64,000 nucleotides of DNA from an uncultured Gammaproteobacteria bacterium (lineage in GTDB: Bacteria > Pseudomonadota > Gammaproteobacteria > JAURND01): NCBI GenBank assembly GCA_963714975.1, contig CAVQQD010000002.1, positions 416,001 to 480,000 of the forward strand, written 5' to 3'. A program made the position numbers and the translations under genes. This document shows, in pieces, positions 33,309 to 43,555 of this stretch (the first letter of the stretch is position 1; each line of letters begins with the position of its first letter). The notes beneath the pieces were generated by a model that saw only the letters and a program-made list of their open reading frames with translations, ran no database searches and was not told the DNA's origin.

Positions 33309-34637
33309 ATGAATATTCTAATCATTGGTCAAGGCGGAAGAGAACATGCAATGGCTTGGTCTATCAAACGCTGCGCAAAAACAGCGGTGATCTATGTAGC
33401 TCCCGGGAATGCCGGAACAGACCAAGAAACAGGCGTTGAAAATGTCCCCATTGCCAGCAATGACATCCCAGAGCTCATAAAATTTGCCAAACAAAATAAC
33501 ATTGATTTGACCATCGTCGGGCCCGAAGCCCCCTTAGCTGCTGGCATCGTGGATGCTTTTGCTGCAGAAAATTTAGCTTGCTTTGGACCAAGCCAGGAAG
33601 CAGCCCAGTTAGAATCCTCAAAAGCCTTCAGCAAGCAATTTATGCTACGTCATAATATTCCCACGGCGTGCTATGCTGCTTTCACCGATTTAGCTCAAGC
33701 CAAAGCTTATGCGGAACAACAAGCATTTCCGCTGGTGATTAAAGCTGATGGGTTAGCTACTGGTAAAGGGGTGGTTATTGCCCATAATCTTGCGGAAGCT
33801 TTCACAGCTCTGGAACAAATGTTGCAAGGTTACTACGGTAGCGCTGGTCAATGCGTCATTATTGAGGAATTTCTTAGTGGAGAAGAAGCGAGCTTTATTG
33901 TCATGAGTGATGGGGAATTTGCATTAGCTTTGGCCACATCACAAGACCATAAAACCCGCGACGATGGTGATCAAGGGCCAAACACCGGAGGGATGGGTGC
34001 TTATTCTCCGGCTCCCATTATTACCCCCGAAATTCATCAACAAGTGATGGACCAGATTATTTATCCTACCCTAAAAGGAATGGCAGCCGAAGGCCACCCC
34101 TATGTTGGTTTTCTCTATGCTGGGCTGATGATAGCAAAGGGGGGTAGGGAGGATTTACAAGTAAAAGTTCTCGAATTTAATTGCCGTTTAGGCGACCCAG
34201 AAACCCAAGCGATTTTATTTCGCTTACAATCTAATTTAGCTGAAGCTTGCGCTGCTGCCTTAGAAAAACGCTTAAATCAGGTCCAGTTGTCCTGGGATCC
34301 ACGAGCTGCCCTCGGCATTGTGTTAGCCGCTAAGGGCTACCCGGAACAATATCCCCGGGATGAAGTTATTCAAGGATTGGAGCTGGAGCGAGAGGATTGT
34401 AAAATTTTCCACGCTGGCACCGTATTAGAAGACTCACAAATCAAGACCGCAGGAGGGCGGGTTTTGTGTGCTACCGCATTAGGATCGAATCTCCGGGAAG
34501 CACAAGCATTAGCCTATGAATTAGCGAAAAATATCCAATGGCCAAGTAAATATTACCGAACTGATATTGGCTACCGAGGAATTTTGCGGGATTCGTCGTC
34601 CCTGCAGGATGCAGGGACCCAGATCACAAGGACGTGA
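33309..34637 (+). CDS. purD: Phosphoribosylamine-glycine ligase
   Basis: Start MNILIIGQGGREHA; KADGLATGKGV, GPNTGGMGAYSP, EFNCRLGDPE; C-terminus runs into a palindromic repeat. Confidence 0.97.
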   Translation: MNILIIGQGGREHAMAWSIKRCAKTAVIYVAPGNAGTDQETGVENVPIASNDIPELIKFAKQNNIDLTIVGPEAPLAAGIVDAFAAENLACFGPSQEAAQLESSKAFSKQFMLRHNIPTACYAAFTDLAQAKAYAEQQAFPLVIKADGLATGKGVVIAHNLAEAFTALEQMLQGYYGSAGQCVIIEEFLSGEEASFIVMSDGEFALALATSQDHKTRDDGDQGPNTGGMGAYSPAPIITPEIHQQVMDQIIYPTLKGMAAEGHPYVGFLYAGLMIAKGGREDLQVKVLEFNCRLGDPETQAILFRLQSNLAEACAAALEKRLNQVQLSWDPRAALGIVLAAKGYPEQYPRDEVIQGLELEREDCKIFHAGTVLEDSQIKTAGGRVLCATALGSNLREAQALAYELAKNIQWPSKYYRTDIGYRGILRDSSSLQDAGTQITRT

Positions 34638-34688
34638 AAGTTTCGCTTCCTGCGCCGGGGATCCCGGCATTCATGCCGGGATGACGAG
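34592..34688. repeat. Family-A palindromic element overlapping the purD 3' end
   Basis: Near reverse-complement of 1118-1214; contains the purD stop codon. Confidence 0.85.
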
Positions 34689-34726
34689 CCATCGAATAAG
34701 CTCGAGAGAAGGATCTTAAGGAAACC

Positions 34727-35863
34727 ATGGCTATAAATTTTTCTTTCCAGCGTTTAGTCGCGATGATTGTTAAAGAATTTATCCAGATGCGCCGCGACCG
34801 CTTAACTTTTGCGATGATGATTGGGATTCCAGTCATGCAATTAATTTTGTTTGGCTTTGCCATCAATACCAATCCCAGGCATTTACCCACCGCAGTATTG
34901 GCTGAGGATCATAGTCCTTATACCCGCGCCTTTATTCAGGGTTTGAAAAATACCGACTATTTTAAAATTAGCCATGAAGTCAGCAGTGAAAGGGAAGCAG
35001 CACGGCTCCTTGCTGCCAATGAAGTATTATTCTTGATTTCTATTCCGACAGATTTTACCTACCGCTTGATTCGTCATGAGCATCCCAGCATTTTGTTAGA
35101 AGCGGATGCAACTGATTCGGTGGCGGTGGGAAACGCAATTTCGGCTGTGCAAATTATGGCGCAACACGTGTTAGATCAGACGATCAAGGGTCGGGTCCAT
35201 TATTTAATTAATGCGCCTCTTAGTTATAATGTCATAATACATGCAAAATATAACCCTGAGAGTAATACCCAATATAACATTGTGCCGGCATTAATGGGGG
35301 TAGTGCTCACGATGACGATGGTCCTAATTACCAGTTTGGCTATTACTCGGGAACGAGAGCGTGGCACGATGGAAAATCTTTTGGCAACCCCGCTACAACC
35401 GCTGGAAGTTATGCTAGGCAAAATTACTCCTTACATTATGGTAGGTTATCTCCAAGTCTTGTTAATTTTAGCACTGGCCCATTGGCTGTTTTTTGTGCCT
35501 ATTTTTGGCAGTGTAGTATTGTTACTGATTGCTGTATTGCCATTTATTCTCGCGAATTTGGCTGTTGGTTTGACATTTTCAAGTATTGCAAAAAATCAGT
35601 TACAAGCGATGCAAATGGCCTTTTTTTTCTTTTTACCGTCGATTTTACTTTCGGGGTTTTTATTTCCTTTTCGTGGAATGCCAGATTGGGCACAATATCT
35701 GGGACAAATCTTACCATTAACACATTTTCTCAGGATTGTGCGAGGTATTTTGTTGAAAGGTAATGGTTTAGCAGAAATATGGCCAGATGTATGGCCAATT
35801 GGCGTATTTATGCTAGTGATTTTGATTATAGGCTTGAAGCGTTACCGACGAACTTTGGATTAA
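34727..35863 (+). CDS. ABC-2 type transporter permease (YhhJ/YbhR-like)
   Basis: MIVKEFIQMRRDR, RERERGTMENLLATP, LLSGFLFP...MPDWAQ...PLTHF. Confidence 0.93.
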   Translation: MAINFSFQRLVAMIVKEFIQMRRDRLTFAMMIGIPVMQLILFGFAINTNPRHLPTAVLAEDHSPYTRAFIQGLKNTDYFKISHEVSSEREAARLLAANEVLFLISIPTDFTYRLIRHEHPSILLEADATDSVAVGNAISAVQIMAQHVLDQTIKGRVHYLINAPLSYNVIIHAKYNPESNTQYNIVPALMGVVLTMTMVLITSLAITRERERGTMENLLATPLQPLEVMLGKITPYIMVGYLQVLLILALAHWLFFVPIFGSVVLLLIAVLPFILANLAVGLTFSSIAKNQLQAMQMAFFFFLPSILLSGFLFPFRGMPDWAQYLGQILPLTHFLRIVRGILLKGNGLAEIWPDVWPIGVFMLVILIIGLKRYRRTLD

Positions 35864-35985
35864 AACAGGCATCTATGGCCTATCTTTCGCAACGAAATGG
35901 ATGAAAAATGCTCATGTACTAATTTGTACACTGCGCTTTTTCACCCATTTCGTTACTTCAACCTAGGCTCATAGCTGCCTGTTTT
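35862..35985. repeat. ~124-bp long imperfect palindrome (RPE-like)
   Basis: AAAACAGGCATCTATG...AACGAAATGGATGAAAAATGCTCATGTAC/GTACACTGCGCTTTTTCACCCATTTCGTT...CATAGCTGCCTGTTTT. Confidence 0.8.
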
Positions 35986-36044
35986 TGGCAACTTTGGCAA
36001 TGTGGTGAATAGTTACAGTTCTTTAAAAAGCAAGGAGAATTTAC

Positions 36045-37229
36045 ATGGGAGTAAATAAATGCATCGCAGTTTTTTTTATTACAATTTTACTGTTATTAGG
36101 AACAGGATGTCAGGAGAAAAGTAAACCAGAGAGCAGCAGCCCTGCCCAAAAGCCTGCCGCCATCCAAGAAAGTTCCAATATTTATCTCCACACTCAAGCT
36201 AATAAGTTGGCCGCGGTAACGCACAGCGCATTGCCGCGCGTGTATGTGCCAAATAGCCGAGATAACACGGTGAGTGTCATTGACCCTAGCACTTATCAAG
36301 TCCTGGCCACTTTTCCAGTAGGCAAAACCCCGCAACATGTGGTGCCATCTTATGACCTTAAAACTTTGTGGGTATTAAATAACGATGGTGATAGCGTTAC
36401 CCCGATTGATCCTAATACGGCTCAGCCTGGGGATAGGATTGCTGTGGTCGATCCTTATAATCTGTATTTCACCCCCGATGGTCGGTTTGCCATTGTAGTG
36501 GATGAAGGCAAAAAACTGCTGGATTTTCGCGACCCCCAGACCATGGCGCTGATAGATTCTATCCCGGTGGAATGCAAAGGGGTGAATCATATGGACTTTA
36601 CCGTGGATGGTCGTTATGCCATTGCCACTTGTGAGTTTTCTGGGCAAGTATTGAAACTGGATGTCTTAAATCGCAAGATCTTAGCTTATCTTTCCCTGGG
36701 GATTAATATGCCAGAGCGAGGCTGTATGCCGCAAGATGTGCGCCTCTCTCCCGATGGTCGGATTTTCTATGTGGCGGATATGAATAAAGGCGGGGTGTTT
36801 CTGATTGAGCCTGATTCTTTTAGTGAGGTAGGGTTTATTCCAACTGGTGTTGGTACTCATGGCATTTATCCGAGTCGGGATGGCAAGTTTTTTTATGTTG
36901 CCAATCGAGGTTGCCCGAGTTTAGGGTGTCGCCTGCCTGGTTTTTGTCCTCCCAATGGGCCCGGCAATATTGCTGTGGTTGATCCCGTTGCGAAAAAAGT
37001 AGTTGCGCAGTGGCCAATTCCAGAAGGGGGTAGTCCGGATATGGGGAATATCACTGCGGATGGTAAAGAATTATGGCTATCAGGACGTTATGACAGTGAA
37101 GTCTATGTATTTGACACCAGCACCGGCCTATTAACCCACCGTATACCCGTTGGCCGCGGCCCGCATGGACTCACGGTTTGGCCACAACCCGGGCGCTATT
37201 CATTAGGGCATACTGGGAATATGCGCTAA
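36045..37229 (+). CDS. YVTN/YncE-type beta-propeller lipoprotein
   Basis: Lipobox LGTGC; blades RVYVPNSRDNTVSVIDP, FYVADM, FYVANRG, IPVGRGPHGL. Confidence 0.85.
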   Translation: MGVNKCIAVFFITILLLLGTGCQEKSKPESSSPAQKPAAIQESSNIYLHTQANKLAAVTHSALPRVYVPNSRDNTVSVIDPSTYQVLATFPVGKTPQHVVPSYDLKTLWVLNNDGDSVTPIDPNTAQPGDRIAVVDPYNLYFTPDGRFAIVVDEGKKLLDFRDPQTMALIDSIPVECKGVNHMDFTVDGRYAIATCEFSGQVLKLDVLNRKILAYLSLGINMPERGCMPQDVRLSPDGRIFYVADMNKGGVFLIEPDSFSEVGFIPTGVGTHGIYPSRDGKFFYVANRGCPSLGCRLPGFCPPNGPGNIAVVDPVAKKVVAQWPIPEGGSPDMGNITADGKELWLSGRYDSEVYVFDTSTGLLTHRIPVGRGPHGLTVWPQPGRYSLGHTGNMR

Positions 37230-37308
37230 AACAGCGTGCAGATTTGATCTCGCGTAATTATCCTTGTATTATGGTAGGAAGCATACCAATTTACAAGGAA
37301 AGCATTCG

Positions 37309-38466
37309 GTGAAACGAAGTCATTACCTCGCTCGCATCCAAAAAGCATTTGAAATCCACAAAGTGGTCGCTTTACTGGGGCCCAGACAATGTGGCAAGAC
37401 CACGCTTGCCAAAGACTATATCCAGCATGAGCCTCAGTTGTCTACAGCCCGAAACTACTTTGACCTAGAAAGAGCGACTGATTTAGCTCGCTTATCCCAT
37501 CCTCAATTAGCCCTTGAGGCACTGGATAACTTGATCGTCATTGATGAAATTCAACGCCTTCCCGAATTATTCCCTACTATACGAGTATTGGTCGATCATA
37601 CAACAACCCAGCGCTACCTGGTTCTAGGTAGCGCTTCTCGTGATCTCATTCGACAATCCTCTGAAACGCTTGCTGGTCGAATTCAATATATTGAAACAAC
37701 ACCATTTTCATATGAAGAAACCCATGATCTGCATCGTTTATGGTTACGAGGGGGGTTCCCTCTATCTTATTTAGCAAAAACAGATGAAGACAGCATCATT
37801 TGGCGCAGAGAATATACTCAAACCTTTCTTGAGCGTGACATTCCTAATCTTGGTATACGAATCTCTCCAATTGAGTTAAGACGATTCTGGATGATGATTG
37901 CCCATTATCATGGCAACGTATTTAATGCCTCTGAAATAGGAAAATCTTTAAGACTGAATCACAAAACAATTCGTTATTACACGGATATCCTAGTTGGAAC
38001 ATTTATGTTACGCGAAATCCCAGCCTGGTTTGAAAATATCTCCAAACGCCAGATAAAATCGCCAAAAATCTATTTTCGTGACAGCGGCATTTTGCATTAT
38101 CTGTTGAATATATCCAACGAAGATGATTTATATCAACACCCTAAATTAGGATCATCGTGGGAGGGATTTGCGCTAGAATCAATCATCAGACATCACGAAG
38201 CTGTCGATGGGGAATATTATTTTTGGGGAACACAAGGACATGCCGAATTAGATTTATTAATTATCAAAAATGGTAAGCGCTTAGGATTTGAATTTAAATA
38301 TACCGATATGCCCAAGATCACAAAATCCATGACTATTGCTATCGAAGATCTCAAATTAGATAAATTATTCGTTATTTTCCCCAGCAAAGAATCTTTTCCA
38401 TTATCCACTCAGATTTACGCGGCTGGGTTAGAAAGTTATTTGCAAGCCCATTCTTCACCACCCTAA
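37309..38466 (+). CDS. AAA+ ATPase (AAA_14 + DUF4143-type)
   Basis: GPRQCGKTT, IVIDEIQ, LGSAS...SETLAGR, LWLRGGFP, KSPKIYFRDSG, ELDL...FEFK; GTG start after AAGGA. Confidence 0.9.
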   Translation: MKRSHYLARIQKAFEIHKVVALLGPRQCGKTTLAKDYIQHEPQLSTARNYFDLERATDLARLSHPQLALEALDNLIVIDEIQRLPELFPTIRVLVDHTTTQRYLVLGSASRDLIRQSSETLAGRIQYIETTPFSYEETHDLHRLWLRGGFPLSYLAKTDEDSIIWRREYTQTFLERDIPNLGIRISPIELRRFWMMIAHYHGNVFNASEIGKSLRLNHKTIRYYTDILVGTFMLREIPAWFENISKRQIKSPKIYFRDSGILHYLLNISNEDDLYQHPKLGSSWEGFALESIIRHHEAVDGEYYFWGTQGHAELDLLIIKNGKRLGFEFKYTDMPKITKSMTIAIEDLKLDKLFVIFPSKESFPLSTQIYAAGLESYLQAHSSPP

Positions 38467-38524
38467 ATCCCCTATCTTATTCCAAAGTAGAGACAACTGA
38501 AGTTTGCCTGATATGACAAAAACT

Positions 38525-38557
38525 GTTAATACAAGTTTAAGCTTAATGCGTTATTAT
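38525..38557 (+). promoter_or_regulatory. PmrA-like box plus -10 element
   Basis: gTTAAtacaagtTTAA (N7 spacing), then TATTAT 11 nt downstream, before ATG 38591. Confidence 0.5.
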
Positions 38558-38590
38558 ACCGTTCAGTTTCGCCATTAACTGAGATAAACC

Positions 38591-41539
38591 ATGCAAATCA
38601 CTAAAGCACTACTGCGTTTTCTCTTGCCACCGCTCAGCATAATAGACGCTTGGACGGATCGGCGTAAATTCGCCAGTACGATGTTGTGGGGCGGGGGTTT
38701 GGGAGCAATCATTGGACCGATTTTGGCTCTGCCATTAGGCTTATACTTGTTTGGGTTTTTTGGATCTTCTGTTCCATTACTTGCTTTGAACACATTACCC
38801 GGTCTCCTCATAGTCTGTTTAGGTCTCTGGGGGGCTAGTGTATTGGGTCGCTTTGTGGGCTTTTTGTTGGGATGTGCCCAAACTGGTACTGATGTCCCCC
38901 ATAATCCCCTGGAATTCCGTGAAAAAATATTGCAAGCGGGACTCAGGTTTGCCTTGTTTGGTAATGGGGTGATGGAGCAGTTTTACCACTTATTTTGTAG
39001 ATCAGTAGAGTTGGAAACTCTAGATGGGATTGATTTGTTACGCCCAGCCATCAGGGCTAACACCTATGTCTATTTCCAGAGGGGAGGCGAACAATGGTTA
39101 GGGATGGTCAATTTTTTACGCATAAGTTGTGCCCCTAAATTTACAAACTGGCTTAATGACGATTATTCAGCGCAATCAATTTTAACTGCACTGACGCCTG
39201 TTCCGGTGGGGCATCATGTTCGATTGTGCGAATTATTAGGTCGCTTCTACAATTTGAGCTATTTTAATCAGGGTACTGCCGTAGGGGTAATCACGCGTTA
39301 TGCGACTGTTTCTCTCCTAAATAAGGAAAAGTTATGCACAGAGTTGGATGTTCTAAAAGATTGTGGTTTGTTGGTGGCAGGTACAAATAATCGAACAAAA
39401 ATAGAGATGATCAATCAGGGGTTTGGTTGGTCTACATTTCACTGGCAGCAGCAAATGCCAGCTGGCGATTTGGCTCAGGTTGTGCAAATTGCCAAAGCAT
39501 TGAGCTTATTTCGTCCTGAAGAACAATTGCAAATTATTCGCCATCGCTACAATGCTTTAAAAATACGTCCTGTGCTTCATTTGCTGCAGCAAGAACAGCT
39601 AGCAACTTCCGCTATTTTTTCGCAGGTGTTAGAAAATTCTGGGTCAGATATTGATGTACCTGCCTGTTATACTACAGCCGAGCAATGTGGGTTATTTAGC
39701 GATGAACCCACTAATGCTTTATGGCGCGCACCTGAGGATGAGAAGGGGGCATTGAGTAAGTTGCGAAAACAGAGGTTCTTTAATGTGTATAATATGTTTG
39801 CCCAATTTAGTATGGGGAGTTGCCAGATAAATCCGTGGTTGAAACAATGTTCATTGATTAAGTTTGATTTAATAGCCTCAGGTCAGTATCCGTCTCCAAC
39901 TTATGAAATGAGTGTGGTATTGAGAGACGTACCTGATGCTTGGTTAACCAAGGAAAATTGCCAGCGCATATTGCAGAATCAGAATTGTAGTTTCATTGCT
40001 AAAGGCTTAAAATGTTTGCAAGAAGGGAAAATAACAATACCTAGAGAAGGAGTTCGGCGAGTTAATTTACTCGGGGTTGAGCAGGGTCGGCAATTTTTTG
40101 AGTTAGTTATTGCGAGCAGTTCAAATGCTCCTAGTGTCGCTGCAGCATTGCCTGCCCTTTTTGCGCTTGCCCCATCCAAGCTTGGAGATTATCTAGAATT
40201 AATTAAGCAAAAATTACCGTCATTTACTTATGATCAAATTTCTGCAGTAAATGAGTTCATTAGTAAAAATTCCCATGTATTGGAAAAAATAAGTCAGGAG
40301 GATTTTCAGCGCGTGTTTGCTTATCCAGAAAAATTAGCCGTGCTTCAGGAGACCTTGAACATTCAGTCAATACTTTTGAAGCCTCATAATTTAAGTGCAC
40401 TATTGCAATGCTTGCCGGAAATAGAAGCGATTAAGCAAACTCTTGAGCAGCAACGAAATTCTCAAACCCTAAATCAAGCGACTTTTAATGAATTGATTGC
40501 CAAATACTATCAAACGCAGGCGAGGGAAGCGGTGAGATGGGGGAGTAAAGAGGTGCGAATCGGTAAGGAAAAAGCAGGGATGATGGAAGGTGACTTATCA
40601 GATGATATTTTTAAGCTGATTGCCACTTATACTTCTGAGAATGTCTGGGATAAATCGCCTCATCAAGAATTATTTGCAGCATTAGAAGCAAATCACTGTG
40701 CTGATTTGCTGGAAGATACTGAACTTGAGAAACAATTAATTGGCCAAACCGATAGTGCTATTGAAGCAATTACTCGACTGATCAAAGTAGTAGAATCCAC
40801 TGACGTTTTTACTCAATTCGAACAAAAGGGGGCTAGTAATAATAGCCCAAGCAGAGTAGAGATTTTGTTAAGGATGAGTAGGCCAAGCCACGTATGGCAC
40901 TCGAGAGATAATTTTTGGCTGGTTCGTATCTTGAGGGAAGGTAAATTACTACAAGGTAAAAAAGCGCCCGGAAATTTTCTGCAAGTGCTGAACAATGTCA
41001 ATCATAGTGATGCTATTAAGCAGCTTCTTGAGAACAAAGCTGTTGCCAATTGCCCTGATTATTTTGTTCCGATTATCTCGCAAGGAAAGTATGCTGAAGC
41101 TATCAATGAACTGCTGGTTGCATTCGAGGCTGATTTTTTTGATGGAAATAATACATCCAGTATTGATAACTTAGATCGAGTGATTAAGCGTGCTCCCGAG
41201 GCGAAAGAATTTAGGAAAATCTTAGAAATAATGAAACAAGAGGGGTTGCTTGACTCGGACGTCTCTAGGCAAGTACAAAGCAATTTCGAATCTTTATTTA
41301 ATGCTGGCCCAGCGAGAAGCATTTTAGATCGGATAAATCAGCATAGACAAAGTGGCACTCCACTGACTCAGGAAAAATTTAGGGAAATAGTTATCTTACC
41401 ATCGAAAAATTCTGTACCTCAGTCGGTTGTAGTGTCAGGTGGCTCACCCATTCATACACTACCAGTACGGGATTCCAAAAAGGAGACTGATACTTCGCAA
41501 AATAATGATGATGGTCCTTTGCTCTGCATAATTTTGTAA
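38591..41539 (+). CDS. Large hypothetical protein: N-terminal TM segments, helical body, C-terminal CaaX motif (CIIL); candidate effector
   Basis: 982-aa ORF with Gly-rich hydrophobic N-terminus; ends DDGPLLCIIL. Confidence 0.8.
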   Translation: MQITKALLRFLLPPLSIIDAWTDRRKFASTMLWGGGLGAIIGPILALPLGLYLFGFFGSSVPLLALNTLPGLLIVCLGLWGASVLGRFVGFLLGCAQTGTDVPHNPLEFREKILQAGLRFALFGNGVMEQFYHLFCRSVELETLDGIDLLRPAIRANTYVYFQRGGEQWLGMVNFLRISCAPKFTNWLNDDYSAQSILTALTPVPVGHHVRLCELLGRFYNLSYFNQGTAVGVITRYATVSLLNKEKLCTELDVLKDCGLLVAGTNNRTKIEMINQGFGWSTFHWQQQMPAGDLAQVVQIAKALSLFRPEEQLQIIRHRYNALKIRPVLHLLQQEQLATSAIFSQVLENSGSDIDVPACYTTAEQCGLFSDEPTNALWRAPEDEKGALSKLRKQRFFNVYNMFAQFSMGSCQINPWLKQCSLIKFDLIASGQYPSPTYEMSVVLRDVPDAWLTKENCQRILQNQNCSFIAKGLKCLQEGKITIPREGVRRVNLLGVEQGRQFFELVIASSSNAPSVAAALPALFALAPSKLGDYLELIKQKLPSFTYDQISAVNEFISKNSHVLEKISQEDFQRVFAYPEKLAVLQETLNIQSILLKPHNLSALLQCLPEIEAIKQTLEQQRNSQTLNQATFNELIAKYYQTQAREAVRWGSKEVRIGKEKAGMMEGDLSDDIFKLIATYTSENVWDKSPHQELFAALEANHCADLLEDTELEKQLIGQTDSAIEAITRLIKVVESTDVFTQFEQKGASNNSPSRVEILLRMSRPSHVWHSRDNFWLVRILREGKLLQGKKAPGNFLQVLNNVNHSDAIKQLLENKAVANCPDYFVPIISQGKYAEAINELLVAFEADFFDGNNTSSIDNLDRVIKRAPEAKEFRKILEIMKQEGLLDSDVSRQVQSNFESLFNAGPARSILDRINQHRQSGTPLTQEKFREIVILPSKNSVPQSVVVSGGSPIHTLPVRDSKKETDTSQNNDDGPLLCIIL

Positions 41540-42005
41540 CAGTAGCTTGCTTTTAATTTCAACCCATTGAATAATAGGAAACCTCAGGTGGTGACACCTG
41601 AGGCGCGCGGAACAGATGTTGACGCATCTGAGCCGAACTTCCACATGACAACTCAGAGAAGGAGTTAGCCACATGACGTTTTTGATTTTAGCCTATCGTT
41701 GGTTGTTTCCAAACTGCTTTTTACATTTTGCCTCTGGCTGTCGTTTTCACTGTACCCTGTTGCAGTCCTCTGCCGTCATTGGCTGCGTGTGGAATGGGGG
41801 TATTGCTGCGAAACGTGTTGGGTCAGGGGATGATTATGTCAAGAGCAGGATAGACTAGAAGCAGCAGAGGTAGGATTTGGCGGAGCAGCTGAATGTTGCT
41901 CTGCTGCTTCGTTCGTAATCCTAGGTTTTTGATATTCACATCACTTAGGAGTTTGAACATGAATAATAAAAAAGTCTTATTAATTGAAGATGAGGACCTG
42001 GCAAT

Positions 42006-43555
42006 CAATGGCACTACCTTAAGCCACAGAATATTTTAAAATCCTTTTATTTATTTTACGTAGCAATTTTTCTTTTTCGATTGCTCTGTTTCTCTTCAAG
42101 GCTGGAAATGGTTTCGGTCTTTGCTTGACTAGCCTGGGCTCCACCCTATCTGGTCTATTTCCAACTTTGTTTTGCACAATTAATTTTAACATCTCAATAT
42201 ACATTTTATGGTTGCTCACCTGATTTGAGCTTATAAAATAAGGAATAAATTCATTTAGTAGCTGCACACTTCCCTTAAAGCTTATTTCCCATGGATTAAC
42301 GCCATACTCATAACAAGCTTTTGCTATAATTATTCTGATAAAATTATATGCTAATAAATGAATTCCTATTTCTTTTCTAACCATTTCTGGTGTTTTGCAC
42401 GATAACATATCCATATTCATGATACTTTTAATACTTCGCAAATTAAGCTCCACCTCCCACCTTCGCTTATATATTTGGGCAAGCTCTGCTTTGTGGTATT
42501 TTTTGTCTAAAAATGTTGTAACGTATATGTGGCCTGATACTTTAAATTCCCGTATGGAAATTTGATCGGGGTATGCCTCATATTGCTTTTGTGTCATCCA
42601 TTCCGGTTTCTGTGGTTTCTCCCAGTTGACAATGTGATCATTTTTACCCAATTTTTGTCCCATTCTAAAATCATAATTCCTTTGACTTTGTCCGCGAAAA
42701 ACACCATCAGCTCCTATTTTTTTTAAGTCCGCCATAAGAAAAAAATTGGGGTAATAACGGTCACCCAGCACAATATCGTCGGCTTTAATGCAGTTTATAA
42801 TTTCTCTTAATAATGAGATTTCTCCTGTGCCCTTTCCTTTGTGAGCCCCTATTGCATAATCTATTACGGTTCCCCGCGTCAGTGACATAACGGCTACTAT
42901 TCGCGCCATAGGAAATCCAGCCCCTTTTTTCTGATTACCATGCTGAGGAAATTTTTTTTGATTAGCTTTTGTATCCGACATTTTGACGGTAAATCCATCA
43001 AATGCTTTTAATTCTCGGCCATAGACTTTCCATCTCATTGGAATAGATTTCAAAGGGAAAGCTCCAGATTCTTTAACTAATGCCTTCACAGTATCTTCAG
43101 GCAATCGCTTTCTGGCCTTACAATAGGGGCCAGTATTTGAGCTTATTTTATTCTGCTTCTTTTTTTTACTATGCAGCTGCTCCACAACAACACCAGCAAC
43201 CGCTTTTTTGCAGGATTTATCTGGATTTAAAACTTGTTTAATAAACGTAAATAAGGTTTTGGTGGGGCTATATATCCGGTCACGATATTCCCGGCACTCT
43301 CTAAGTATCTTCTGACATTTTTCTGAATTCAATAGGTTTAACAGGAAAATGTCTGGTGCACCATCAGCCAATTCTTGTCTTTTATTTTTAACTTGCTTAA
43401 TTTTATTTTTCTTTTTAAAATTCACAGATCAGTTTCCTTTTTTTATTATTGTGTGTTTGCTACAACAATAATATTAAATTTGGAAACTGATTTCATCTTT
43501 TTTCATCTAAATCATAGGCTTATATTCATCTTTGCTCCTTAAGGTAGTGCCATTG
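42006..43555 (-). mobile_element. IS4-family insertion sequence, copy 2 (1550 bp)
   Basis: Same IRs as copy 1; 11-bp target duplication GACCTGGCAAT (41995-42005 / 43556-43566). Confidence 0.96.
42019..43425 (-). CDS. IS4-family DDE transposase
   Basis: Identical to 4566-5972 except FDGS to FDGF. Confidence 0.93.
   Translation of the reverse strand: MNFKKKNKIKQVKNKRQELADGAPDIFLLNLLNSEKCQKILRECREYRDRIYSPTKTLFTFIKQVLNPDKSCKKAVAGVVVEQLHSKKKKQNKISSNTGPYCKARKRLPEDTVKALVKESGAFPLKSIPMRWKVYGRELKAFDGFTVKMSDTKANQKKFPQHGNQKKGAGFPMARIVAVMSLTRGTVIDYAIGAHKGKGTGEISLLREIINCIKADDIVLGDRYYPNFFLMADLKKIGADGVFRGQSQRNYDFRMGQKLGKNDHIVNWEKPQKPEWMTQKQYEAYPDQISIREFKVSGHIYVTTFLDKKYHKAELAQIYKRRWEVELNLRSIKSIMNMDMLSCKTPEMVRKEIGIHLLAYNFIRIIIAKACYEYGVNPWEISFKGSVQLLNEFIPYFISSNQVSNHKMYIEMLKLIVQNKVGNRPDRVEPRLVKQRPKPFPALKRNRAIEKEKLLRKINKRILKYSVA

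Noticed and set aside
26467-37017. Numerous 60-100-aa antisense or overlapping ORFs in housekeeping genes
   Set aside because: Shadow frames of well-supported genes, with no RBS or motif support.
4436-43555. Composite transposon bounded by the two IS4 copies
   Set aside because: Each copy has its own distinct target duplication and the interval contains core genes, so these are independent insertions.
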